From a virus (lineage: Duplodnaviria; Heunggongvirae; Uroviricota; Caudoviricetes), in the IMG/VR virus record IMGVR_UViG_3300017585_000052: a DNA stretch of 64,000 nucleotides; one strand, 5' to 3'. Below the pieces are notes generated by a model, which ran no database searches, was not told the DNA's origin, and saw only the letters and a program-made list of their open reading frames with translations. This document shows, piece by piece, positions 54,362 to 62,847 of the stretch. Position numbers and translations under genes: made by a program. Each line of letters opens with the position of its first letter. Position 1 is the stretch's first letter.

Positions 54362-54693
54362 TCTGAGGTTAAAGTCTGAAACAACATTCTCATTGTAGTG
54401 GTCTACATAATAATCCAGTAATTCTTCTAATTTTAATTGCCCACTACCATACAGTTCCAGTATCTTGTGAACAAAACTTCCAAATTCACTTGTGCCATGG
54501 GATTCCCTCTCCCAACCATGTGAATCAAAGTAATTTAGATAGAAATACTGCTTACAACTCTAAAAATTCTTAATCTTGGAGAACGAATAAGTCTGTCTTT
54601 TTTCCATTAGCATCTCCAATTATAATTAAAGGACGGGCATTTCTGCCACGCCCTTTCTCGTCTTAATTATTTATAAACGCCAATATTTCCTTG

Positions 54694-55110
54694 TCAAAAC
54701 GGGAGGTCATCATAAGCGGGAGCCTCCACCACAGGGGTGCGCTCTACGCCAGCAACTGCGGTGGTAGTGGTAGCAGTAGACCCACCAGAGCCGCCACGTC
54801 CACAGAACGACACGTTATTAGCGATAATATCAGTAGCAGTACGATTATTGCCGTCCTTATCGGTGTAACGCCGAGTCTGCAAAGAACCCTCAATGGCAAT
54901 CATATCGCCCTTGTGGAAATACTTGGAAATAAACTCTGCGGTCTTATTCCAAGCGGTCACGTTAAAGAAATCAGCAACACGATTACCGTCCTTATCTGCG
55001 CGATTGCGGTCAACTGCGATGCTAAAATTAGAAACACTCGCAGTGTCATTCACCTTGCGCAGTTCGGGGTCGGCAACAAAACGTCCAGTAATAGCAACAA
55101 CATTCATCAT
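54694..55110 (-). CDS. ssb: single-stranded DNA-binding protein
   Basis: OB-fold pattern, Gly-rich linker, acidic tail DDLPF. Confidence 0.85.
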   Translation of the reverse strand: MMNVVAITGRFVADPELRKVNDTASVSNFSIAVDRNRADKDGNRVADFFNVTAWNKTAEFISKYFHKGDMIAIEGSLQTRRYTDKDGNNRTATDIIANNVSFCGRGGSGGSTATTTTAVAGVERTPVVEAPAYDDLPF

Positions 55111-55133
55111 AAATTAAAATCTCCTAATCTAAA

Positions 55134-56096
55134 TCAAGAATGGCTCTTGTTGTAATTATCCATCAGAGTTTCAAGAGAAGTCAGTGTAGCCTTTGCGACC
55201 TCAATATTGGTAATGGTCTTATAGTTTGCACTCGGTCTACCGTTCACAATATGATTTGTGCGAATAACGTCAGCAATCGCTGACTTGTCAGCGCCAGCCG
55301 CCAGCAAAGCGGAAGTTACATCGCTGATACGGGCGATAACGTCATTCAGTCCACCAGATACATTGACATCAACAGAAATAGGCTCTGCTGGCGTAATAGG
55401 TGGAACTGACACGGTTGGAATCTTACCACTGTTACACCAATCATAAAGGGCGATACCATCTTTTTCGGTAATAGGCTCAAAGCGACCCTCAAAAACATGG
55501 GTATTATCCTTCATAACAGTTGCAACGTGTGTGTCTTGAATAAGCTGGAAAGTACAAGTATAATTGTACTCCAACTGCTTATCTCCGTCAATACCTTCAC
55601 CAACTTTACGAGGTGTCTGCTTGCCCTTTTCGTTGGTATCAAGAACGTATGCGTCCTTGCCACGAGCCGTAGCTATAATATGTATCGGAGCTTGCAAAAT
55701 CTTCTCCATGAGAGCCTTATGACGTGCCTTCAGGGGTGCCCAATTTGTAAAACTATTTCCCGGCATCTTAGCATGAACTTCGTTTAGATACATCCATTCA
55801 TGCGTCAGACTGTCGATACAAAGAACCTTGTAACCGCCAGCAATAGCCTCGTCAATCGCCGCAATATACTTTTCGGGCGAATACGGCTCTTGAAGAACCA
55901 TAGTATCGAATCCAAACTGGTCTGCGTAATATTGCGCACGTCCAGCCTCGGTGTCGATATAAGCTATCCCAGAGTTACACTTAGAGGCAAGACCAGTGGC
56001 TAATCTCAGCGCGCTAAATGTCTTGCCAGACCCCGAAGGGCCAGCCAGCAGAATCTTACTCCATACGTTCTGCCGTACAGCTTTTTGGAAACCCAT
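55134..56096 (-). CDS. RecA-superfamily ATPase (Sak4-like recombination protein)
   Basis: Walker A LLAGPSGSGKT. Sits next to SSB and the Cas4-like nuclease. Confidence 0.55.
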   Translation of the reverse strand: MGFQKAVRQNVWSKILLAGPSGSGKTFSALRLATGLASKCNSGIAYIDTEAGRAQYYADQFGFDTMVLQEPYSPEKYIAAIDEAIAGGYKVLCIDSLTHEWMYLNEVHAKMPGNSFTNWAPLKARHKALMEKILQAPIHIIATARGKDAYVLDTNEKGKQTPRKVGEGIDGDKQLEYNYTCTFQLIQDTHVATVMKDNTHVFEGRFEPITEKDGIALYDWCNSGKIPTVSVPPITPAEPISVDVNVSGGLNDVIARISDVTSALLAAGADKSAIADVIRTNHIVNGRPSANYKTITNIEVAKATLTSLETLMDNYNKSHS

Positions 56097-56190
56097 TATG
56101 TAATCACTCCTATTAGATTATATATGTTTACTTTATATTAAATAAAGAACGAACCAAACTTATGTAAAGGTGGCAAAGCCACCCCGCTTA

Positions 56191-56526
56191 TTAGCCCTGA
56201 GTAGAATATTTTGTGGAAAGAAATTCCGTAACTTTCTGCTCGGCCTCGGCCTTGTGTGCCTTAACGATTTCGATTGCCTTTTTCTGATTGGCAATTTCCA
56301 GCTCACAAGCCTTAATCAGATTCTGCAAATCCTTAATATCGCGCTCATGGTCTGCGATACGAGCGTCCTTCTTCGCAACCTTATACTTCAAAGCGGCAAG
56401 CTGGACACCGAAATCCTTGTCGAACTGGTCATCCTTAGAGCATACTGCCTGAACCTTGACGCGCCGACCATTCTCATAACCAGTAGCGATGCAACGGTTA
56501 TGTGCGGGATAGCATTTGATTTTCAT
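56191..56526 (-). CDS. hypothetical coiled-coil protein
   Basis: RBS AAGGAG; downstream of two tandem consensus promoters. Confidence 0.5.
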   Translation of the reverse strand: MKIKCYPAHNRCIATGYENGRRVKVQAVCSKDDQFDKDFGVQLAALKYKVAKKDARIADHERDIKDLQNLIKACELEIANQKKAIEIVKAHKAEAEQKVTEFLSTKYSTQG

Positions 56527-56555
56527 GTTTTACTCCTTAATTTCTTTGTAGTAAC

Positions 56556-56584
56556 ATTATACCACACCAACCACAATTTGTCAA
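56556..56584 (-). promoter_or_regulatory. sigma70-type consensus promoter
   Basis: TTGACA, 17 nt, TATAAT with extended -10 TGgTATAAT. Confidence 0.6.
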
Positions 56585-56678
56585 GGGGTATTGAAAATTT
56601 TTTCAGCGTAATAGCAAACCCCTTGGATGTGGCTTTGTTACTGATGATATTGTGGAGGTATTCCCTCTCACCACCAAT

Positions 56679-56707
56679 ATTATAGCACATCTAAGGGGTA
56701 ATGTCAA
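56679..56707 (-). promoter_or_regulatory. sigma70-type consensus promoter within a ~45-nt repeated element
   Basis: TTGACAttaccccTTAGATGtgcTATAAT. Near-identical copy at 62415-62443. Confidence 0.6.
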
Positions 56708-56730
56708 GGGGTCTGGAAAATATTTTTAGA

Positions 56731-57444
56731 TTATTCCAGAGCCGCCAACTCCGACTGGATATACTCTAACTTTAGTTGACTAAATCGTACTTGCCAGTCG
56801 TAATATTCTGTTTGATAAGCCTCGCAAGAATCAGCAGACTGCGTGAGATTATTTAATTCTTCTTGCGCTGCATCTAATTCATCTAAAAGAAAATTCTCAT
56901 ATGCTTGTCTTTTAGATTCTGCGAAATAATTCGCGTATTCATAATATAACTCAGTAATTTCAATGGTAGCTTTGTTCTTCGCTAATCCATTTTGTTTTCT
57001 GATTTTGACCGCTCCTTCTCCACAAGTGTACACATAAAAAGCATCCTCTATCGTATCTGTCTCGTCTATTGCATACTTTAGGATAACAGCGCCGCATTTA
57101 ATGTTTGTTTCTGCATTATATAAGTCGCTCTTTGTTACTTTGATTCCTCTTTCTTCGAGAAAGTTAAGAATGTCTTTTGTGGAGCCAACTTGCATTAGAC
57201 CAATATAATTTGTTCCAACTGACGGGTCGAATCTGGATTCATGGTAAATAATTGCCACAAGAGCCGCATAAGGCACTCCGTATTCTTCGCTGATTGTTTT
57301 GGTGTATTCCTTTAATTCATTATCCCATGTTTCATATAATTCATACTTGTCTGAAAAGTCTGCTGCTTTTGACGAGACTACTGTGGTGCATATCGTACAT
57401 GACACCATGATACAAGCCAGAATGGTGCATAGTAGTTTTTTCAT
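56731..57444 (-). CDS. secreted lytic transglycosylase (SLT domain)
   Basis: Signal peptide MKKLLCTILACIMVSC..SSKAA. SLT motifs YHESRF and GLMQV. Confidence 0.75.
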   Translation of the reverse strand: MKKLLCTILACIMVSCTICTTVVSSKAADFSDKYELYETWDNELKEYTKTISEEYGVPYAALVAIIYHESRFDPSVGTNYIGLMQVGSTKDILNFLEERGIKVTKSDLYNAETNIKCGAVILKYAIDETDTIEDAFYVYTCGEGAVKIRKQNGLAKNKATIEITELYYEYANYFAESKRQAYENFLLDELDAAQEELNNLTQSADSCEAYQTEYYDWQVRFSQLKLEYIQSELAALE

Positions 57445-57541
57445 AATACCAAAATCCTTTCGTAAACAAAATAATGGGACTAACAGTTGACCCCGCTAAT
57501 CCCATTTGTTATATATTAAACACACCAAAATCCAGATAAAA

Positions 57542-57665
57542 TAGACGCTGTTTCACTTATGCGCTCTAACCAATTAAGCTAACTCCCGTTCGGTCGGGAG
57601 TGGACGGCTCGAACGTCCACCTCATGCTCCTGATAGCAATGTGATTATGTCGCTGTAAGCGTCTA
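57542..57665 (-). ncRNA. YrlA-like Y RNA (permuted tRNA mimic), copy A
   Basis: Minus-strand order: closing stem TAGACGCT...AGCGTCTA; T-arm GGACG-TTCGAGC-CGTCC with consensus T-loop; 7-bp acceptor-like hairpin ACTCCCG/CGGGAGT; D-arm GCTT-AATTGGTTA-GAGC containing GG. Preceded by the conserved box AAATAAATAAGTTTTAGACGCTTACAGCGACATAAT. Confidence 0.5.
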
Positions 57666-57673
57666 AAACTTAT

Positions 57674-58075
57674 TTATTTGTTTCCGTCAGGTTTCTTATT
57701 CTGTTCTTCGCAGTATTTATCCCAATCTTTCTTTAGATTCTCCGCATCTTTCATCGTAGAGTCACCAACAACCGTAACTGTAATTGTGCTGTCAGAAAGT
57801 TTAGCGTCAATAATTTGAACACCAAATTTTCTCAAAACATTCTTAATTGCACTCAAATCATTACTATTCAAGAATGAAGCGATAACCTCTTGTTCTTCTT
57901 CCTCTGAACATTTCATCCACCTATTATAAGCGGAATTAGTAATGTAAATTTGCCAGTTGTGGTCTTGAATTGGAACCTTTTTAATGGATTCAATTTTGTC
58001 AGCCACACTTGTATCAATGTTATTTAGAATATCATTGAATAGTGTGACAGGCGTTGATTCATCAATCCATGCCAT
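57674..58075 (-). CDS. hypothetical protein
   Basis: Start at the second ATG with RBS AGAGGTAAAAAT. Lies between the two Y-RNA-like elements. Confidence 0.45.
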   Translation of the reverse strand: MAWIDESTPVTLFNDILNNIDTSVADKIESIKKVPIQDHNWQIYITNSAYNRWMKCSEEEEQEVIASFLNSNDLSAIKNVLRKFGVQIIDAKLSDSTITVTVVGDSTMKDAENLKKDWDKYCEEQNKKPDGNK

Positions 58076-58090
58076 ATTTTTACCTCTCAT

Positions 58091-58216
58091 TAGACGCTTT
58101 GTTTCTTTTAGTTTTATCCAATTAAACTATACACCCTCTCGGATGCAGCGGGACTCGAACCCACAACTCCTATTTTGAAGATAGATGAAGAAAAATTATG
58201 TCGCTGTAAGCGTCTA
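58091..58216 (-). ncRNA. Y RNA-like tRNA mimic, copy B
   Basis: Same conserved box and closing stem as copy A. Anticodon-arm-like hairpin TCTAT-CTTCAAA-ATAGG; T-arm GTGGG-TTCGAGT-CCCGC; 7-bp hairpin TGCATCC-GAGA-GGGTGTA with a GNRA loop; D-like hairpin AGTTT-AATTGGATA-AAACT. Confidence 0.5.
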
Positions 58217-58244
58217 AAACTTATTTATTTAATTATCAAAGTAG

Positions 58245-58317
58245 AACCGCTACCCGAACTTGAATCGGGAATTAAGGATTAGAAGTCCTTTGTTTTATCC
58301 AGTTAGACTATAACGGC
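58245..58317 (-). tRNA. tRNA-Arg (anticodon UCU)
   Basis: Hand-folded 73-nt cloverleaf. Acceptor GCCGTTA/TAGCGGT with G1:U72 and U5:G68 wobbles. D-loop AACTGGATA; anticodon arm AAGGA-CTTCTAA-TCCTT; T-arm CCCGA-TTCAAGT-TCGGG. One D-stem mismatch. Confidence 0.55.
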
Positions 58318-58364
58318 ATATCGCCTCTTGATTTCTAAGAACCTCTGTCCTTTGGAACAATTTA

Positions 58365-58393
58365 ATTATAACATACTTTCTTAGATTTGTCAA
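58365..58393 (-). promoter_or_regulatory. sigma70-type consensus promoter upstream of tRNA-Arg and the Y RNAs
   Basis: cTTGACA, 17 nt, TATAAT in minus orientation, about 45 nt upstream of the tRNA 5' end. Confidence 0.6.
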
Positions 58394-58426
58394 GAGGAAA
58401 ATTGTGAAAATTTTGTGAAATAATTG

Positions 58427-59266
58427 TTACTCTTTCTCGTAGTCACAGTAAACGAGGTCATCAATATAATCACGTTCCTGCGAGAAAACTGGAATCTCTG
58501 TGTCCATTTTCCACTTGTTATCGCCACAAATATCTTTCCAGTAGCAACTTCCACGTTTCAACATGGTAGCAACCTCATTCCAGTTGACATTCTTCTCAAT
58601 CAATAGCTTTTCTTGCAACTCGTCACAGCTTAGACCCTCTATTTGTTTATGAGAGAAATTATCCTGTGCAAGCATCAAGATAGAATTGCGAGAAGCGTCA
58701 TTCTGCCGCCAAATGAAGTAATTACAGACTTCTTCACGAGGGACATTAAATGCACGAGAATCAAAACACAAGCCTTTCGCAAGACAATCATCTAACGCTT
58801 GTTCATACTTTGCGCCATCATCGGTCAAAGTATCTTTGTCGCAGAGCTTTCCACTTTTGTCAAACCAAAGATTCTGATAGCCCCAATAATCGAACGCCCT
58901 GTTAAATTCCAGAGTTGCCATTGAAGCAGATAGAGATACAATCTTATTTAGATTATTCGCAAAGAAAGCATCGTAATCTAAGGATTGATAGTCAACCACC
59001 AACAAAGAAATCTCGTCACTTTGAGTATATCCAAAGACACAACCTTGAATATTCTCGCACAAGAATTTCATAGTTGACTGCATTGCATAACCAAAAGAAC
59101 TATCCCAAGGTTTTGCTAAATGCCTTGTAAAAGAGGAACCAGCCCGTGCGTCAACACGGATAATAACAGGAGTACGATGCGTCAGATAAATCCTATAAGG
59201 TTTCTCATAATAGGATTTCATTCTATCCTCTAAAGATAATCCCATATTATTCATCCTCCGAGTCAT
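58427..59266 (-). CDS. Thg1-like protein (3'-5' nucleotidyltransferase, tRNA-His guanylyltransferase family)
   Basis: VIIRVDARAGSSF matches VVVRLDGRNFH; FGYTQSDEISLLV matches the AYGQSDEYSF hallmark; NYFIWRQNDASRN matches DYLSWRQAD. Confidence 0.75.
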   Translation of the reverse strand: MTRRMNNMGLSLEDRMKSYYEKPYRIYLTHRTPVIIRVDARAGSSFTRHLAKPWDSSFGYAMQSTMKFLCENIQGCVFGYTQSDEISLLVVDYQSLDYDAFFANNLNKIVSLSASMATLEFNRAFDYWGYQNLWFDKSGKLCDKDTLTDDGAKYEQALDDCLAKGLCFDSRAFNVPREEVCNYFIWRQNDASRNSILMLAQDNFSHKQIEGLSCDELQEKLLIEKNVNWNEVATMLKRGSCYWKDICGDNKWKMDTEIPVFSQERDYIDDLVYCDYEKE

Positions 59267-59819
59267 CTTTAATATCTTGCCAAGGCGTTAATGGCTCATA
59301 AATTCCCCAACGCTCAATAGCTCCACTGTAAATAGAGCGTTTATCGGTAACAAAATTGTCATCAAGAGCCTCAATCAACTTCCGTCCAGAAAGGATAATT
59401 TCTTCGTCACCGAACAAACGATAATGCAAAGAATCACCAGTAATAGAGATTGTACATTTGTACACATATAGATGCTTAGAGAATCTAAAGAGAAATTTTA
59501 CAATCTCCCTGTTTGTCTGAGCCATATCTCTGTCACGCAAATCACCGTTAATAGCCACCAAAATTGGTGAACTGTCAAGAAGCCCATGATGACAGTCGTA
59601 ACGATAATCCATGCGGTTTGAGTTTCGATTATACTCGTCACTCGATGAAGAACGATTATGGTCTTTGGACGGGAATACATAATAATTGCAACCACCCTCT
59701 GAGCCTGTAGCGACAGGAGGCATATTACGCATTACCGTATTAACAGCATAGATTCCTTCGTCAGTCGTGCGGAAACTACCAACTTCAATCAAGCCATTAA
59801 CGTGCGTCCAAATACTCAT
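59247..59819 (-). CDS. hypothetical protein
   Basis: RBS GAGGAA; no recognisable motif. Confidence 0.45.
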   Translation of the reverse strand: MSIWTHVNGLIEVGSFRTTDEGIYAVNTVMRNMPPVATGSEGGCNYYVFPSKDHNRSSSSDEYNRNSNRMDYRYDCHHGLLDSSPILVAINGDLRDRDMAQTNREIVKFLFRFSKHLYVYKCTISITGDSLHYRLFGDEEIILSGRKLIEALDDNFVTDKRSIYSGAIERWGIYEPLTPWQDIKDDSEDE

Positions 59820-59834
59820 AATTTCCTCACTTAG

Positions 59835-60569
59835 TTAAAACTTGAATATTTTTCTGAGCAAATCTAAGAAAGAACAGGATTTCTTTTCTTCTTTAGATTC
59901 TTCAACAATGGGTTCATCTTCGGTCTTTTCTGGCGTATTGATAATGGACGGATAATCAACCCATGCGTAGTTTACATCGCAGTTTCCTGAGATTCCACTG
60001 ACTTTATGTTGACTATCATACTGCCACATAGTACACTCAACATCTGGTTTTGTGGCTCTGTAAGCAGCAACCCATAAATCAATTCCAGCTTCACGAATAC
60101 GGGTCATATCAATATAATTCTGAGAGAAATATAATCCAGTATAAAGACATGGATAATATCCTTTAGATTTAATTTGATTAGCTCCGTCAATTATCCAGCT
60201 TGTTAATGAATCTTTATCCACTGACGCACTTTCATCAGTTTCAATATCCATAACAACAGGATAATCTAAGTGATATTGGCCTATTGCTTCAAAAGTTCTA
60301 TCAAGCTCTGCTTGGAATGTATCATGGTTTGTTGCATAACTTATGAAATACACTCCAAACGGAATACTAAGGCGAGTACATTCGCTCATATTTCTACTTA
60401 GATATGGGTCGGTATACATACCGCTTTTCTTTGTGGAAACTGCGCGAATGATAATCCCATCAATAGGAATTATTCTCTAATCCTTAATGATTCCACCGCT
60501 CTTTAGAGCATCGAAATCAATCTGACCCTGATATTTTGAAATATCAATGACATTTTTTATATCAGACAT
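59835..60569 (-). CDS. GH25 family lysozyme (muramidase) with recoded in-frame TAG
   Basis: Start at plus-strand 60567-60569 with RBS AGAGGTG. N-terminus MSDIKNVIDISKYQGQIDFDALKSGGIIKD, then TAG at plus-strand 60477-60479, then RIIPIDGIIIRA...LWVAAY...WQYDS..G.SGNCDVNYA, which are GH25 motifs. Confidence 0.7.
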
Positions 60570-60613
60570 ATAACACCTCTATATGTAACGTGGGCTTTCG
60601 CCCACAAAGAAGA

Positions 60614-62155
60614 TTACACAGTAATCTTTGCGAAATTAGCGGACATGAGGACTTTCAGCATTGCCTCATAGGGATTGTAACCAATCGTCTGCAAGACATC
60701 ACGGAAAGTGCTTGCCGCACTGCCACTGAACGCCGTAACACCCTTGTCATTATAGTTCTGGTGAACCGTATTCTGACGAGAGTTTACACACCAGAACACG
60801 CAAGCGGGGAGAGTATAGCCATACTTAGCGTACAGCTTAGTCATAGCAGCGTGATAGGTGTTTGCGCCATTCAGAGAATTACCCCAACCGTAAGAACGAC
60901 TTCCGCTATGCGGGTCAAACTCAAAGTCGCTAATAATGATAAGCGCTTTCGGCAAATCATCATTAGAGAGGTGATTCTCTACGGCAGTTTTCAGAATCAG
61001 ACGGAACGCAGATTCAAGGTTGGTAGAACCGCCCCAAGGAGCAGCAACGGCCTTACGAACATTACCAAGCAGAGAGTTGTCACCAAGCTCAATCCAATGC
61101 GGATTGCTCTCGAACGTCATAAACAGGTTATGATACGCTCCGTGGTTACGCTCTGCAAAATAAATTGCAAGACCAAGCGCGGACTCAATGGGCTTACCAG
61201 ACATAGAACCAGAAGTATCTGCCATAATAACCACATTGTTGTTGCCTTCAATGTAATTCGGCAGTGCCTTCCACTGCGCCTCAACAACCTCATCAATCTC
61301 ATTCTGATTAGTCTGGCAGTTATAGTAACTGCTATTCCAAGCAGAACGTATAGAGCGAGAACTCATGTACTTGCCAACAAGGTCGTAAGGATAGAGCGTA
61401 GAAGCGTTAATCTTCTTCGTTCCAGTCTTGACACCGTTCATAAACTCACCAAAACCTTCGGGGTCGTGCTTGGTGAAACTATGACGGTACAGCGTCATCG
61501 CCTTAGAGGGAACAGCCTGATAGTCAATGTTGTTCCACTGACGAGCAGACATCTTAACCTCAGTGACGTTGATATACTTACGCAGTTTGGACAGAGCCTT
61601 CTGGTAAGCATAAGCCTTCAAACCGAGGTGACGCGCAGTCATGTGACCCAAATTGACAGTCTTGCGGGACGAAGTGTTGACAGACGGCAACCACTTCGCC
61701 ATAAGCGAAACAGGCTTGCCAGCCTTATAGTTGGCAATGTCAGCCTCAAACTGACTCTTTACCAACTTCCAAATATCACCCTCAATAGGAGTGCCAACGA
61801 AGATGTAAATATCATCCCAGCGTCCATACTCAGGCAGATACTTTAGATTCTTACGCATAGTATCGGGATGGTTATTGGCTACCCACTTCAACATCTCATA
61901 AGAAACGTCACGTTCGCCCATGCCCTGCCCCCTGATGCTACGGGTATAAAAAGCCAGTTTGATTGCCAATTCAGGATTCTCATTCCAAGCGTTTGCGAAC
62001 ATATCCTGAACGTCATTCAAGCGACCACGCATACCACCAGCCAGCGAGAAAAGGTCAAGAACCTTAGAGCCAGTGGTATTCATGGCAACAGCGCCGTTCT
62101 CGGTGTACTTCATCTTAGTCTGATTGCGGACTGCATTGGTAAAATTGTTGCTCAT
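60614..62155 (-). CDS. rsr: Ro60/Rsr-like protein (TROVE-like N-terminal region + C-terminal vWA domain)
   Basis: 513 aa. C-terminal vWA with MIDAS DTSGSMSG. Ro60-like size and architecture. Y-RNA-like tRNA mimics lie 2.4-4.6 kb away on the same strand. Confidence 0.5.
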   Translation of the reverse strand: MSNNFTNAVRNQTKMKYTENGAVAMNTTGSKVLDLFSLAGGMRGRLNDVQDMFANAWNENPELAIKLAFYTRSIRGQGMGERDVSYEMLKWVANNHPDTMRKNLKYLPEYGRWDDIYIFVGTPIEGDIWKLVKSQFEADIANYKAGKPVSLMAKWLPSVNTSSRKTVNLGHMTARHLGLKAYAYQKALSKLRKYINVTEVKMSARQWNNIDYQAVPSKAMTLYRHSFTKHDPEGFGEFMNGVKTGTKKINASTLYPYDLVGKYMSSRSIRSAWNSSYYNCQTNQNEIDEVVEAQWKALPNYIEGNNNVVIMADTSGSMSGKPIESALGLAIYFAERNHGAYHNLFMTFESNPHWIELGDNSLLGNVRKAVAAPWGGSTNLESAFRLILKTAVENHLSNDDLPKALIIISDFEFDPHSGSRSYGWGNSLNGANTYHAAMTKLYAKYGYTLPACVFWCVNSRQNTVHQNYNDKGVTAFSGSAASTFRDVLQTIGYNPYEAMLKVLMSANFAKITV

Positions 62156-62382
62156 TTAGATACCTCTCTTAAATTATTATTGCTGTTCGTATCTTTATGG
62201 TAGTGACGAAACACTGAAACGCCAAGTCTTGTCATTTGGTAGACAGTATCATGATAGAATCCCTCGTAACTCAACTTACCGCCAGCCCTCACAATAGCGT
62301 CTGCATAAGCAATAGCTTCTTCAAGAGGAAAGCCAATCATTTGCATCTCGCTAATGAACCTTACGCGCCTCATGTTTCTCAC
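62152..62382 (-). CDS. hypothetical protein
   Basis: ATGA overlap with rsr; RBS AAGGAGTGAG. Confidence 0.45.
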   Translation of the reverse strand: MRNMRRVRFISEMQMIGFPLEEAIAYADAIVRAGGKLSYEGFYHDTVYQMTRLGVSVFRHYHKDTNSNNNLREVSK

Positions 62383-62414
62383 TCCTTATCTCTTGTTCCC
62401 CTTGGAACACTCTT

Positions 62415-62443
62415 ATTATAGCACATCTAAAATGGATTGTCAA
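62415..62443 (-). promoter_or_regulatory. sigma70-type consensus promoter (copy of the 56679 element)
   Basis: TTGACAatccatTTTAGATGtgcTATAAT. Confidence 0.6.
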
Positions 62444-62847
62444 GGGGTCTTGGAAATATTTTTTGGATTATATAAATATTTTCCCTCGGAATCTTTGGCT
62501 AATGCTTGATAGCATCTAACGATTCCGATATATAGCCTCATAATCCCACTATAAGTTGTATAACTTGATAATTTTACAACTACTTTATCTTTTGGGATAG
62601 AGTTATAGTTTACATAAGTATAAACATCAAACTCGTCACCCAAAAGAACTTGTAGCATAAAGTTATCAATATTGTGGAATTTGAAAACTCCAACATTGTA
62701 ATCTATTGTGTAATCAAATTCCACATCATGCCAATCTAATCCAGTGAGTAAGAGATTGAACTTATCTGCAAAATCTTGCTCGTATAACTCTTTGTCATCT
62801 CTTACTTTCTTATCTGAAATCTCAAAATGATTCTGTAAATCTCTCAT
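62440..62847 (-). CDS. hypothetical protein
   Basis: Intact ORF. Confidence 0.45.
   Translation of the reverse strand: MRDLQNHFEISDKKVRDDKELYEQDFADKFNLLLTGLDWHDVEFDYTIDYNVGVFKFHNIDNFMLQVLLGDEFDVYTYVNYNSIPKDKVVVKLSSYTTYSGIMRLYIGIVRCYQALAKDSEGKYLYNPKNISKTP

Noticed and set aside
54691-55155. Plus-strand 154-aa ORF over the ssb locus.
   Set aside because: It is antisense to a clear SSB gene with the DDLPF tail.
57542-58216. Interpreting the two tRNA-like elements as 5'-truncated tRNA genes or tRNA-derived attP fragments.
   Set aside because: Both elements have the permuted order T-arm, acceptor-like hairpin, D-arm enclosed by a shared closing stem, and each sits behind the same conserved box. 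This fits Y RNA tRNA mimics far better than broken tRNAs. No 5' acceptor strand exists upstream of either T-arm.
58091-58216. Calling an opal-suppressor tRNA (UCA anticodon) from the CTTCAAA loop of element B.
   Set aside because: The hairpin is not embedded in a canonical cloverleaf (no 5' acceptor or D-arm upstream). TGA is used as a genuine stop throughout the window.
60586-60606. Hairpin GTGGGC-TTTC-GCCCAC after rsr as an intrinsic terminator.
   Set aside because: It lacks a U-tract in the transcribed (minus) orientation. Possibly a stabilising stem-loop only, so it was not listed as a feature.
60590-62203. Plus-strand 418-aa and 111-aa ORFs over the rsr-like gene.
   Set aside because: They are antisense to the well-supported vWA-containing gene. 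Composition is Arg/Leu-rich, typical of antisense noise.
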